Below, one piece after another: positions 1 to 9,144 of a stretch of 51,775 nucleotides of DNA (positions are counted from its first letter, which is position 1; each line of letters begins with the position of its first letter). A program made the position numbers and the translations under genes. Location: the NCBI GenBank assembly GCA_947628285.1, contig CANQZK010000001.1, forward strand, positions 1 to 51,775, given 5' to 3'. This DNA comes from an uncultured Muribaculaceae bacterium (GTDB lineage Bacteria > Bacteroidota > Bacteroidia > Bacteroidales > Muribaculaceae). The notes below the pieces were generated by a model. The model was not told the origin of the DNA and searched no databases. It saw only the letters and a program-made list of their open reading frames with translations.

Positions 1-69
1 GTGCCGTATTGTGTGGAACACTTATCAAACTTCCGTGGAACACTGGTCTGTTGATTATTCAGTAAACCC
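1..69 (-). mobile_element. Possible end of an insertion element interrupting the transposase gene
   Basis: Minus strand reads AAA TA|GGGTTTACTGAATAATC...; the transposase ORF stops where a YIxxNP motif is expected; AT-richer than flanking genes; direct repeat GTGGAACACT at 14-23 and 35-44; the window ends here. Confidence 0.35.
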
Positions 70-494
70 TATTTATAGATTGCATCCAATGAGCGCCAAC
101 TGTACAGAATCTGGTCATTGAATGAGGGCATAAACACCGGCTCCGGGGCCAGCTTGTTGACTTCTGATTTCCAAATGGCCACATAATGCCCCAGGGTGAA
201 CTCCATAGGCGCTGTTACCTGTACCAACAGGTGGATATGGTCAGGCATTACGGCATATTGCAGTATTCTTATAGCGGGGTTGAGTTCCGGAAACAGCCGG
301 ATGCAATCCTTCACGGCTTTTCCAAAACAGGTGAAGGCTACGGAAGCACCCCCGGCAAACCGGTTGTTGCCGTAGTTGCTGTGCACCACATCCCCGAATG
401 AGGACACCGCCGGGTTTTTGGCCAGCGTGAGCATGTACACGCACCGAGCGCGGTAGTCATGGCGTGGGTTGCGGTAGCATTGGCGGTTGCTCAT
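69..494 (-). pseudogene. Y1 HUH (RAYT/IS200-like) tyrosine transposase, 3'-truncated
   Basis: N-terminal R..HDY..C.YMLTL, HUH motif YAVMPDHIHLLV and FNDQIL; ends before the catalytic Tyr helix (YIxxNP). Confidence 0.7.
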
Positions 495-534
495 AGGGCG
501 GCGGGGTTTGGGTTAAGGAACTGATGAGGGTTAA

Positions 535-606
535 GGAGCTGAAGCTCCAAGCTGTTTCAAAAAATTTTACTATAATTTTTTGGAGTTGCAGGCAGCTTCA
601 GCTGCC
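535..606. repeat. REP/REPIN-like inverted doublet
   Basis: GGAGC-TGAA-GCTCC (535-548) and GGCAGC-TTCA-GCTGCC (591-606) in opposite orientation, around an internal IR CAAAAAATT (558-566)/AATTTTTTG (574-582). Confidence 0.65.
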
Positions 607-608
607 GG

Positions 609-2150
609 TTAATAGGTTTTGCCGTAGGTGCCGCGGTCGAGGTTACGGTAGCCGATGGCCTCGCGCATGTGGGTGGCGGTGATGGCCTCGGAGGCGTCCA
701 GGTCCGCTATGGTGCGGGCTACTTTCAGGATGCGGTCATAGGCGCGGGCCGACATGTCGTATTTGGTCATGGCGTGGCGCAGGATGTCCATGGTGGCGGC
801 GTCGGGCCGGCACCAGCGGTTGATCAGGCGCGTGTTCATCTGGGCGTTGCAGTGGATGTGAGGCTCGTCGGCAAAACGGGCGGCCTGGATTTCGCGGGCG
901 GCCACCACGCGGGCACGGATGTCGGCGCTGCTCTCGCCGGCGCCCATGGCCGAGAGTTTGTCAAACGGCACGGGCTGGATTTCGCACTGTATGTCTATGC
1001 GGTCGAGCAGGGGCCCGGAGATGCGGTTCAGATAGCGTGTGGCGGCGCCGGGCAGGCATGTGCAGGGGCGTGTGGGGTGGTTGTAGTAGCCGCAGGGACA
1101 GGGGTTCATGGAGGCCACCAGCATGAAGCCGGCGGGGTAGTCCACGGCGTAGCGGGCGCGGGATATGGATATGTGACGGTCCTCCAGGGGCTGGCGCAGC
1201 ACTTCAAGCACGGTGCGGGGGAATTCCGGAAACTCGTCCATGAACAGGATGCCGTTGTGGGCCAGAGATATTTCGCCGGGGCCGGGCGTGCCGCCGCCTA
1301 CCAGGGCTACGGGCGAGATGGTGTGATGGGGCGAGCGGAAGGGCCGCGTGGTGAGCAGCCGCGAGCCGCCCTTGAGCTTGCCGGCCACGGAGTGTATCTT
1401 GGTTGTCTCCAGGGCCTCGGCCAGTGTCAGCGGGGGCATTATGGAGGGCAGGCGCTTGGCCATCATGGACTTGCCGGAGCCGGGAGGGCCTACCAACAGT
1501 ATGTTATGCCCGCCGGCGCAGGCTACCTCAAAGGCGCGTTTGACGCTCTCCTGGCCCTTGACCTCGGCAAAGTCATAGTCGAAGCTGTTCTGTGCGCGGG
1601 CAAATTCCGCGCGGGTGTCGCACCGTACAGGCTCGAACGTCCCGGTGCCGGTCAGCAGGGCCGTGACCTGTGCCAGCGAGTCCAGGCCGTAGACTTCCAA
1701 ATTATTGACCACGGCGGCCTCCGAGGCGTTGGCGCGGGGCACGATGATGGCGCGGTAGCCCAGGCGGCGGGCCTCGATGGCCATGGGCAGCACGCCGCTG
1801 ATGGGCAGCAGCGAGCCGTCAAGCGACAGCTCGCCCATGATTATGTAGCGGTCCAGCTCCGGCACGGTTATCTGCTCGCTGCCCACCAGTATGCCCACGG
1901 CTATGGGCAAGTCATAGGCGGCGCCTTCCTTCTTGACGTCGGCGGGCGCCAGGTTGATGACTATCTTGCGGCGCGGGAACAGGAATCCGCTCTGTTTGAT
2001 GGCCGAGATGACGCGCTGATGGCTTTCTTTGACGGCCGTGTCGGCCAGGCCGACCATGCAGAACTGCATGCCGTTCTCTACCGAAACTTCAATTGTGACA
2101 GTGATGGCGTCGATGCCCTTAAGGGCTGAACCGTAGGTCTTTACCAGCAT
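609..2150 (-). CDS. comM: YifB/ComM family Mg-chelatase-like AAA+ ATPase
   Basis: INLAPADVKKEGAAYDLPIA, Walker A GPPGSGKS, PFRSPHHT, GEISLAHNGILFMDEFPEF, MNPCPCG; start at MLVKTYG (2150). Confidence 0.92.
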   Translation of the reverse strand: MLVKTYGSALKGIDAITVTIEVSVENGMQFCMVGLADTAVKESHQRVISAIKQSGFLFPRRKIVINLAPADVKKEGAAYDLPIAVGILVGSEQITVPELDRYIIMGELSLDGSLLPISGVLPMAIEARRLGYRAIIVPRANASEAAVVNNLEVYGLDSLAQVTALLTGTGTFEPVRCDTRAEFARAQNSFDYDFAEVKGQESVKRAFEVACAGGHNILLVGPPGSGKSMMAKRLPSIMPPLTLAEALETTKIHSVAGKLKGGSRLLTTRPFRSPHHTISPVALVGGGTPGPGEISLAHNGILFMDEFPEFPRTVLEVLRQPLEDRHISISRARYAVDYPAGFMLVASMNPCPCGYYNHPTRPCTCLPGAATRYLNRISGPLLDRIDIQCEIQPVPFDKLSAMGAGESSADIRARVVAAREIQAARFADEPHIHCNAQMNTRLINRWCRPDAATMDILRHAMTKYDMSARAYDRILKVARTIADLDASEAITATHMREAIGYRNLDRGTYGKTY

Positions 2151-2154
2151 GGGA

Positions 2155-3168
2155 TTATCGGGATAGGCGTGTAAGGATGAATGTGCGGGCCTCCGAGGCG
2201 GTGCGGCCCTGCCACAGGCGGCGTCCGGCCGAGTCGACGGCCACGAAGGCGGGGATTGTCTGCAGGCCAAGGGGCGCCAACTGACGGTCGGCCACGCCGC
2301 CGGGCAGCCAGCCCTGGCGCCATGTGGCCGTGTCGGAGCGCACCGAGCGGCGCCAGCTCAGGGTGTCGCCGTCGGTCGAGATTTCGGTCATGGCAAACTT
2401 CCCGCGGGCTATGTGGCGGGCTATCATGCGCAGGGTATCCACCATGGCCGTGCGCGCGGGGTCCTCGCGGCTGAACACAAGGAGAGTCAGGGGCGCGTCG
2501 GCGGTGCGCAGGGTGGCATGGCGGGCGTTGCGGTCAAAGTACGTAAGCGTGTCCAGGCGGAAATCGCGTGCCGCCACGCCCGAGCGGGATGCCTGGGCGG
2601 CCAAAAGGCCCGTCAGGTGCGTCAGGCGGGCGTCCGGCCCGAGCAGGCCGTAGAGCGAGTCGGCGCTGACAGCCGCGGCGCCTGCGGCGTCATATTCAGT
2701 GAGCAGCAGCAGGGCCGACAGAGGGTCGTCCTTATGCGCACCCACGTAAGCCTCTACGGCCTTGCGGCGGGCCTCCGGCGCGGCCGGGGCGAGCGTCTTG
2801 CGCAGGTAGTCGGCCCAGCGGGCGGACAGGTCGTTGCCCTCGGCGGTGATGTTCAGCGGGTTGTTGCGGTCAAGGTGCAGGTGCAGGCGGTCGCCGTTCT
2901 CGGCGGCCACGCGGCCCAGCAGGCGGTAGTCGTTATCGTAGATTTCCACCATGGTGAGGCCGTCGGCGCGGGTCTTGAAGGCGAATTTGCCGTCGTTTGA
3001 TGCCGTGACGCCCTGCCCTATTGAGCGCGTGCCGTAGGTGACGATGCGCAGGTTCATGGTGGGGTTGCCGGTAATGTCGCCCTCGACGGTGAAGGCGTCC
3101 GAGTCGCCGCAGGCCCAGAGGGTCAGGGCGGCGATGGCGGTCAGGAGTATGTAAGGCAATCGTTTCAT
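2155..3168 (-). CDS. DUF4369-domain lipoprotein with thioredoxin-like C-terminus lacking CxxC
   Basis: Signal peptide and lipobox LWAC; FTVEGDI...GKFAF N-terminal pattern; C-terminal LGLQTIPAFVAVDSAG. Confidence 0.65.
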   Translation of the reverse strand: MKRLPYILLTAIAALTLWACGDSDAFTVEGDITGNPTMNLRIVTYGTRSIGQGVTASNDGKFAFKTRADGLTMVEIYDNDYRLLGRVAAENGDRLHLHLDRNNPLNITAEGNDLSARWADYLRKTLAPAAPEARRKAVEAYVGAHKDDPLSALLLLTEYDAAGAAAVSADSLYGLLGPDARLTHLTGLLAAQASRSGVAARDFRLDTLTYFDRNARHATLRTADAPLTLLVFSREDPARTAMVDTLRMIARHIARGKFAMTEISTDGDTLSWRRSVRSDTATWRQGWLPGGVADRQLAPLGLQTIPAFVAVDSAGRRLWQGRTASEARTFILTRLSR

Positions 3169-3182
3169 GCGGCGAAGGGTGT

Positions 3183-3827
3183 TTACTTGCGGCCGAAGTC
3201 GGCGGGGATTTCGCCCCAGGCGTCGGTGTCCCATTTCAGGATGGGGTTGACAATGCGGTGGGCAGCCAGCCATGCGTCGGCGCGTGCCAGGATGGCCATC
3301 AGGGGCGCGTTGAGGGCGGTTGGCTCTATTTTGGTGTTGGAGTGTCCGCGCCGCAGCCAGGCCAGGGCCGTGCGTGAGTCGGTGTAGATGGGTGTTGTGC
3401 GGTCGCCGCGGCGGTCCAGCAGCGCCGCCACGTGTATCAGGGCCAGATACTCGCCTATATTGTTTGTGCCGCCCTCCAGGGGCCCGACGCGGAATATCTC
3501 GGCGCCGTCGGCCACGCGCACGCCGCGGTATTCCATCGGGCCGGGGTTGTGCGAGCAGGCCCCGTCAACGGCTATGGCGTCGAGGCGTATGCCGGGGATG
3601 GTGGTGTAATCCACCGGGGCGTTTTTATGGGCGGCCAGGCGGCGCAGAAAGGCCATATGCTCCTCGGGGCGGCCGCGGAAGGCCTCGGTGGCCGCGTCCT
3701 GGTTGTCGAACGAGCGGTAGCGGGCGCCCGGAAAGCCGTCAATCTGCTCCTTGCACTCCTCCCAGCTCTCATAGATGCCCGGTGCGCGGCCATCCCATAC
3801 TACGTAAAATTTGCGTTTCTGTGCCAT
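3183..3827 (-). CDS. rnhA: Ribonuclease HI with N-terminal hybrid-binding (viroplasmin-like) domain
   Basis: KFYVVWDGRAPGIYESWEEC (HBD); AVDGACSHNPGPMEY, TNNIGEYLA, IYTDS, WGEIPADFGRK. Confidence 0.92.
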   Translation of the reverse strand: MAQKRKFYVVWDGRAPGIYESWEECKEQIDGFPGARYRSFDNQDAATEAFRGRPEEHMAFLRRLAAHKNAPVDYTTIPGIRLDAIAVDGACSHNPGPMEYRGVRVADGAEIFRVGPLEGGTNNIGEYLALIHVAALLDRRGDRTTPIYTDSRTALAWLRRGHSNTKIEPTALNAPLMAILARADAWLAAHRIVNPILKWDTDAWGEIPADFGRK

Positions 3828-3833
3828 GGCGTG

Positions 3834-5018
3834 TCAGGAGAAGTTCAGGAACAGGTTTATGTCAATGAGACGGACGCCGGCGCGGCGGGCAATCTCGGGG
3901 TGCACGGGCTTGCCCAGGAAGGTGTAGGCGGCGCGGCGCAGGCCGTTGTTGAGGCGCAGGGCGTTGGTGACACCGTCGCACACCACAATGTCCTCGAACA
4001 GTGTTAGCAGCGTGGTGCTCAGGGCCATGGCGGCGGTGCGGGGCACGGCCGAGCCGGCGTTGACATAGCAGGTGCGCACGGCATCGCCGGGACCGACGTC
4101 GGCCGGGCGCGCCATGGCCAGGTCGATGCACTCCAGCGAGGGGAAGAACGGGCTCTGCGGCGAGTTGGTCAGGTCAAAGGCTATGACGCCGCGCTTCATC
4201 TCGGCCACCACGTCGGTGCCTATCTCCAGCGGGTTGCGGATGGGCGTGGCTATGACGATATCGGCGGTGCGCAGGGCACCGGCAAAGACGCGCGGGTGCA
4301 GGGCCGAGCCGATGACATTGCTGTGGCCCAACTCATGCAGGGCGGCGCGCAGGCGGTAGACGTCATTATCGAACATACGCACCACGGCGCCCAGGCCCAG
4401 GGCCGAGCGGGCCGCCGAGCGGGCGGCTATGTCGGAGCCGATTACCGTCACCTCGCAGGGCACTATGCCGGCTATGCCGCCCAACAGTATGCCCTTGCCA
4501 TGCTCGTTGTCGGCCAACAGCGACGATGCTATGGCCATGGCTGCGCGGCCGTCTATCTCGCGCAGGATGTCGGCAAAGGGCAGGTTGCCGTCCTCGTCGC
4601 TGACCAGATCGAGCGCTATGGCTATGATGTGGCGTTTGAGCAACATGCGCAGGGCCATGGGGTCCTGTTGGTCAAGATGCAGCAGCGACAGCAGCACGGT
4701 GCCCTTGCGCAGGCGGCCGGCGTCGGCGGGCGTCAGGGCCGGCAGGTGCAGCACTATGTCGCAGGCCAGGGCCTCGTTGCGGTCGCACAGCTCCACGCCG
4801 GCGCGGCGGTAGGCATCGTCGGAGAAGTGTATGCCGGCGGCGGCTCCGCGCTGCATCAGCAGGTTGAAACCGCGCTCTATGAGCATTGCGGCCCCCTCGG
4901 GGGTGAGGGGGAATCGCCGTTCGGTAGCGGAGGCGGGCGTGGGCAGGCCTATGGTGACGCGGCGCTGCACCGAGGCCGTCTTCAGGGCCTCCTCCATGGG
5001 TGAGAACTCATTTGCCAT
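3834..5018 (-). CDS. Alanine dehydrogenase-like protein (divergent)
   Basis: IGLP...ERRFPLTPEG, GKGILLGGIAG, AVPRTAAMALS; several catalytic and NAD motifs altered. Confidence 0.8.
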   Translation of the reverse strand: MANEFSPMEEALKTASVQRRVTIGLPTPASATERRFPLTPEGAAMLIERGFNLLMQRGAAAGIHFSDDAYRRAGVELCDRNEALACDIVLHLPALTPADAGRLRKGTVLLSLLHLDQQDPMALRMLLKRHIIAIALDLVSDEDGNLPFADILREIDGRAAMAIASSLLADNEHGKGILLGGIAGIVPCEVTVIGSDIAARSAARSALGLGAVVRMFDNDVYRLRAALHELGHSNVIGSALHPRVFAGALRTADIVIATPIRNPLEIGTDVVAEMKRGVIAFDLTNSPQSPFFPSLECIDLAMARPADVGPGDAVRTCYVNAGSAVPRTAAMALSTTLLTLFEDIVVCDGVTNALRLNNGLRRAAYTFLGKPVHPEIARRAGVRLIDINLFLNFS

Positions 5019-5547
5019 CGGGTAAGAACTGTGTGATGAAACGTTGGACGGTGTCTTCAATCTCGGCCGGGGTGTCCAGGCGGGATGAATCGAAGGTAAA
5101 CGGGGCGCGGCTGTAGAAGGGTGCGCGTCGGTGCAGCTCGTCGTCAAGGGCGCGGCGCAGCGCATCGCCCTCCAGGCCCTGCAGGCGCGGACGCTGTCCG
5201 GGCTGCTCGGCCAGGCGCTGCAGCGTGCGCTCCGTGGAGGCCTGCAGCCAAACGACGGTGCCCGTATCGAGCATGAGCTGCAGCGAGTGCCCGTAGCAGG
5301 GCGTACCGCCGCCGCAGGCCACTATGGGCGCCCGGGGCGAGCCGGCCATACGCTCAATCACCTGCGCTTCGAGGCGCCGGAAGGCCTCCTCGCCGCGCTC
5401 GGCGAATATGCGTCCCACCGGCATGCCGGCCAGGCGCTCCACCTCGGCGTCGGTGTCGCAAAGGGGCACGCCCAGCCGCGCGGCCAGGGCGCGGCCCAGG
5501 GTAGTCTTGCCGCAGGCCGGCATCCCTATGAGGTAGACGGGCCTCAC
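5008..5547 (-). CDS. aroK: Shikimate kinase
   Basis: LIGMPACGKTT, DTD, GEEAFRRLE, IVACGGGTP, RP..R.PFY; GTG start. Confidence 0.92.
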   Translation of the reverse strand: MRPVYLIGMPACGKTTLGRALAARLGVPLCDTDAEVERLAGMPVGRIFAERGEEAFRRLEAQVIERMAGSPRAPIVACGGGTPCYGHSLQLMLDTGTVVWLQASTERTLQRLAEQPGQRPRLQGLEGDALRRALDDELHRRAPFYSRAPFTFDSSRLDTPAEIEDTVQRFITQFLPDGK

Positions 5548-5554
5548 GGGGCGG

Positions 5555-5995
5555 TTACTTTTTCTCCTGCTGAGCCTTGAGCAGGTCGCGAATCTCGGTC
5601 AGGAGCTCTTCCTGTGTGGGACCGGCGGGTGCTGCGGGAGCTTCCTCCTCAGCCTTGACGTCGGCCTTGCGCAGCTTGTTCATGAAGCGGATGGCCACGA
5701 AGATGCAGAAGGCGATGATCAGGAAATCGACAACGCTCTGCACGAACACGCCCCAGGTCAGGGCTACTTCGGGGTTGACCACCTCCTCGCCGTTCATCAC
5801 AGCGTCGCGCAGCAGAATTTTCTTATCGGTGAAGTTCACGCCGCCGGTAATCAGGGTGACCAGAGGCATGATGACATCATTTACCAGCGAGCTGACAATC
5901 TTGCCGAAGGCGCCGCCGATGATCACACCGACTGCCATGTCGACAACATTGCCCTTCATGGCGAATTCTTTGAATTCGGTAAGGAATTTTGACAT
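5555..5995 (-). CDS. mscL: Large-conductance mechanosensitive channel
   Basis: [38 protein letters not shown]; [11 protein letters not shown]. Confidence 0.96.
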   Translation of the reverse strand: MSKFLTEFKEFAMKGNVVDMAVGVIIGGAFGKIVSSLVNDVIMPLVTLITGGVNFTDKKILLRDAVMNGEEVVNPEVALTWGVFVQSVVDFLIIAFCIFVAIRFMNKLRKADVKAEEEAPAAPAGPTQEELLTEIRDLLKAQQEKK

Positions 5996-6032
5996 AGTCG
6001 TTTGGTTTTTGAGGGGGGGATGAATAGTGTTA

Positions 6033-7229
6033 TCAGACTTCCAGGGGTTCGTTGACAATTTCGTGCCAGGGCAGACCCTGCTTGGCCAGTTCGGTCAGGA
6101 AGGGGTCCGGGTCGAACTCCTCGACGTTGTGCACGCCGGGCTTGACCCACTTGCCGGTGAGGAACATCATGGCGCCCGTCATGGCCGGCACGCCGGTGGT
6201 GTAGCTGACGGCCTGGGTGCCCGTCTCGCGGTAGGCGGCCTCGTGCGAGCAGTTGTTGTAGATGTAGTATGTCATCGGTTTGCCGTCCTTGCCCTTGCCG
6301 GAGATGCGGCAGCCGATGGATGTCTCGCCGTGGTAGTTGGCGCCCAGGTCCTGCGGGTTGGGCAGCACGGCCTTGAGGAACTGCAGGGGCACGATTTTGG
6401 TGCCGTTGTAGTCAATCTCGTCGATGCGGGCCATGCCTATGTCCTGAATCACGCGCAGGTGGGTCAGATATTCCTGGCCGAATGTCATCCAGAAGCGGGC
6501 GCGGCGGATGGTGGGGAAGTTCTGCACCAGGCTTTCCAGCTCCTCGTGGTAGAGCAGATAGGACTCGCGCGGGCCTATGTTGGGGTAGTTCAGTGTCTTG
6601 TGGATTTCCAGCGGGCCGGTCACAACCCACTGTCCCTCCTGCCAGTAACGGCCGTTCTGGGTAATCTCGCGGATGTTGATTTCGGGGTTGAAGTTGGTGG
6701 CGAAGGCCTTGCCGTGGTTGCCGGCGTTGCAGTCCACGATGTCCAGATACTCCATCTCGCTGAAGTAGTGCTTGGCGGCGTAGGCGGTGAATACGCCGGA
6801 AACGCCGGGGTCGAAGCCGCAGCCCAGGATGGCTGTCAGGCCGGCCTTCTCGAAGCGCTCGCGGTAGGCCCACTGCCAGGAGTACTCGAAGTGTGCCACA
6901 TCGCGCGGCTCATAGTTGGCCGTATCCAGATAGTTGACGCCGCATTTCAGGCATGCCTCCATGATGGTGAGGTCCTGATAGGGCAGTGCCACGTTGATGA
7001 CCATGTCGGGGCGGTGGCGTTCAAAGAGCTCGCAGAGCTGGTCGACGGAGTCGGCATCGACAGCGTCGGTGGTGACGTTGGGCGCGCCTATGGCGGCGGC
7101 CAGGGCGTCGCATTTGGCCTTGTTGCGCGATGCTATGACAATCTCGCCGAATACCTCGGGGTTCTGGGCGCACTTGTGTGCGACGACGGTGCCGACACCG
7201 CCGGCGCCGATGATGATTACTTTTGACAT
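6033..7229 (-). CDS. Saccharopine dehydrogenase family protein, probably carboxy(nor)spermidine dehydrogenase
   Basis: [58 protein letters not shown]. Confidence 0.88.
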   Translation of the reverse strand: MSKVIIIGAGGVGTVVAHKCAQNPEVFGEIVIASRNKAKCDALAAAIGAPNVTTDAVDADSVDQLCELFERHRPDMVINVALPYQDLTIMEACLKCGVNYLDTANYEPRDVAHFEYSWQWAYRERFEKAGLTAILGCGFDPGVSGVFTAYAAKHYFSEMEYLDIVDCNAGNHGKAFATNFNPEINIREITQNGRYWQEGQWVVTGPLEIHKTLNYPNIGPRESYLLYHEELESLVQNFPTIRRARFWMTFGQEYLTHLRVIQDIGMARIDEIDYNGTKIVPLQFLKAVLPNPQDLGANYHGETSIGCRISGKGKDGKPMTYYIYNNCSHEAAYRETGTQAVSYTTGVPAMTGAMMFLTGKWVKPGVHNVEEFDPDPFLTELAKQGLPWHEIVNEPLEV

Positions 7230-8281
7230 TTATCTTGGTTTTGTTTTAGAATTTTTTTGCCGGAAGCGGCGCGGTGACGGCGCCCTATGGCTATGAGCGT
7301 GAAGGTGATTATGCCCAGGGCTATGTTGAGCAGCGTCGATGCGCCCAATACCAGGTTGGCGAAGGCGCCGGCGGGCACGCTGCCCAGGCCGTAGACGCCC
7401 AGCGCGAAGATGACGGCCCACTGCCACGGCCCTATGCCGCCGTTTGAGGGCACGCCCATGGAGATGGACGAGAGCACGAAGGTGACCAGCACAGCCGTCA
7501 GGCCGTAGTGCGTGTAGACATCGGCCGTGAAGCCGAAGGAGAAGAATTCCAGGAACATGGCGCCAAAGAAGCAGCCCCATATGCCCACGGTGTAGAGCAG
7601 CCAGCGTCCCAGGCCGGGCATGCGGCCTATCACAATGAAGCCCTGCCACAGCTCGCGGCAGGCGCGTTGCAGGCGTTGCAGCGTGGGGTTGGTCGTGGGC
7701 CGTGACAACAGCACCCACACGGCCGCCAGGCAGGCCGCCGCGCCCAGCCACAGCCAGGGCGACGTCAGTGTGTCGGCCATGCCGGCATATGTGCCGGCGT
7801 TGTCGCGGATGAAGCCCATCACCTGCTCGGAGGCCAGCGCGAAGGCCAACAGCGTGAGCAGCAGTACGGTGGCCGTGTCGGCCAGGCGCTCGCACATCAT
7901 CGAGCCCAGCACGGCCGTGAACGATGCGTCCTGGCGGTCGGCTATGTAGCCGCAGCGCCATACCTCGCCCAGGCGGGGGAACACCAGATTGACGGCGTAG
8001 GTGCCGAAGATACTCAGCACCAGGGCGCCCAACGGCGCGCGCACGCCCAGGGCATTGAGCTGCAACTGCCAGCGCAGGGCGCGGAACACGTGCGAGCATA
8101 CCGTCACGCCCAGCCCGGCCACAATCCAGCCCGGGCGGCACTCGGTGCGTATCAGCCGCATCATGTCCTTGAGGTCGAAATCATGGAACAGCAGCCAGCA
8201 CAGCCCCACGCTTATCACGAGGGGCACTACATATTTGAGCAATATGCTCCAGATATTCCGGTGTTGGCCGTCGCTTTTCAT
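7217..8281 (-). CDS. Lysylphosphatidylglycerol synthase TM / flippase-like (UPF0104) membrane protein
   Basis: RALRWQL, YAVNLVFPRLGEVWRC, ERLAD, VPSNGGIGPW; multiple TM segments. Confidence 0.85.
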   Translation of the reverse strand: MKSDGQHRNIWSILLKYVVPLVISVGLCWLLFHDFDLKDMMRLIRTECRPGWIVAGLGVTVCSHVFRALRWQLQLNALGVRAPLGALVLSIFGTYAVNLVFPRLGEVWRCGYIADRQDASFTAVLGSMMCERLADTATVLLLTLLAFALASEQVMGFIRDNAGTYAGMADTLTSPWLWLGAAACLAAVWVLLSRPTTNPTLQRLQRACRELWQGFIVIGRMPGLGRWLLYTVGIWGCFFGAMFLEFFSFGFTADVYTHYGLTAVLVTFVLSSISMGVPSNGGIGPWQWAVIFALGVYGLGSVPAGAFANLVLGASTLLNIALGIITFTLIAIGRRHRAASGKKILKQNQDKCQK

Positions 8282-8317
8282 TTCACCGCAAATATAACAA
8301 TTTTTTGGGAATATGGG

Positions 8318-9085
8318 TTATTTTTTGAAATACAGCAGGTGGAAGAACAGGCCCACCAGCACGGCGCCGCCTATGATATTGCCCACGGTGGCCCACAGCA
8401 GGTTGTAGCCCAAAGCGGCCATATCCACGGCCGCGCCGGCCATCATGCCGGCCGGAATGAAGAACATATTGGCTATGCAGTGCTCGTATCCCAGGATGAC
8501 AAAGGTGGCCACGGGCACCCAGCAGGCCAGCGCCTTGCCGCCCGGCGTGGTGGCGCTCAGGCCCAGCCACACGGCCAGGCACACGCACCAGTTGGCGGCG
8601 ATGCCGCGCAGCAGTATCTGCAGCCACGGCAGCGAGGTCTTGGTCACGGCCATGCGCTGAAGGGCCTCGGCGCAGTAGCCGCCGTCAAGCAGTCCGGCCC
8701 CGAGCACAAACAGCCACGTGAACAGCAGCACGCCCGTGAAATTGCCCAGCCACACCAGGGTCCAGTTGCGCAGGGTATCGCCCACGCTGTAGCGGCGGCG
8801 CGCCAGGCCGGGCATCAGCATGGCGTTGTTGCCCGTGAAGAGCTCGCCCCCGAACATCACTATCAGGAACAGTCCCACCGGGAAGGCCAGGCCGCTCAGC
8901 AGCCGCTGCAGGGCCGGATTCTCGGCCGACAGGCCGCACAGGCCGTAGCCCAACATGACTGATAACATGCCGCCCAGGCCGATGAAGGCCCCGGCCAGGA
9001 CCGACTGGGCGGTGAGCCGCCCGAAACTCTTGTTCGCCTTGTCGACACCTATGCCGATGACGCGGTTTATGATTTCTGTCTGCAT
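8318..9085 (-). CDS. Formate/nitrite transporter (FNT) family channel
   Basis: LAGAFIGLG, AFPVGL, GGELFTGN, GIAANWCVCLAVW, GYEHCIANMF, TVGNIIGG. Confidence 0.93.
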   Translation of the reverse strand: MQTEIINRVIGIGVDKANKSFGRLTAQSVLAGAFIGLGGMLSVMLGYGLCGLSAENPALQRLLSGLAFPVGLFLIVMFGGELFTGNNAMLMPGLARRRYSVGDTLRNWTLVWLGNFTGVLLFTWLFVLGAGLLDGGYCAEALQRMAVTKTSLPWLQILLRGIAANWCVCLAVWLGLSATTPGGKALACWVPVATFVILGYEHCIANMFFIPAGMMAGAAVDMAALGYNLLWATVGNIIGGAVLVGLFFHLLYFKK

Positions 9086-9092
9086 GATTGCG

Positions 9093-9121
9093 CAAAGGTA
9101 CGCAATTTTTTCGTACTTTTG
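9093..9121. promoter_or_regulatory. Back-to-back Bacteroidetes -7 promoter elements for FNT (-) and xerD (+)
   Basis: TACCTTTG on minus (9093-9100) and TACTTTTG on plus (9114-9121) match TAnnTTTG. Confidence 0.65.
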
Positions 9122-9144
9122 CAATCATTAACCCCCTGCGCAGT

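Noticed and set aside
14-44. Additional parS sites
   Set aside because: Only half-sites (GTGGAACA) in direct repeat; no 16-bp palindrome.
669-2129. Long antisense ORFs (also 6027-7226, 20586-21749, 26466-27629, 47234-49261, 49307-51058)
   Set aside because: They are shadows of well-supported genes on the opposite strand, expected from high GC3 codon bias; no recognisable motifs.
609-2150. comM disrupted by a mobile element (a known integration hotspot)
   Set aside because: The ORF is intact and full length.
9092-9110. Identical 19-mer GCAAAGGTACGCAATTTTT shared with the carA promoter (23410-23428) as a co-regulation site
   Set aside because: It coincides with the generic Bacteroidales -7 box and its usual A-rich upstream context.
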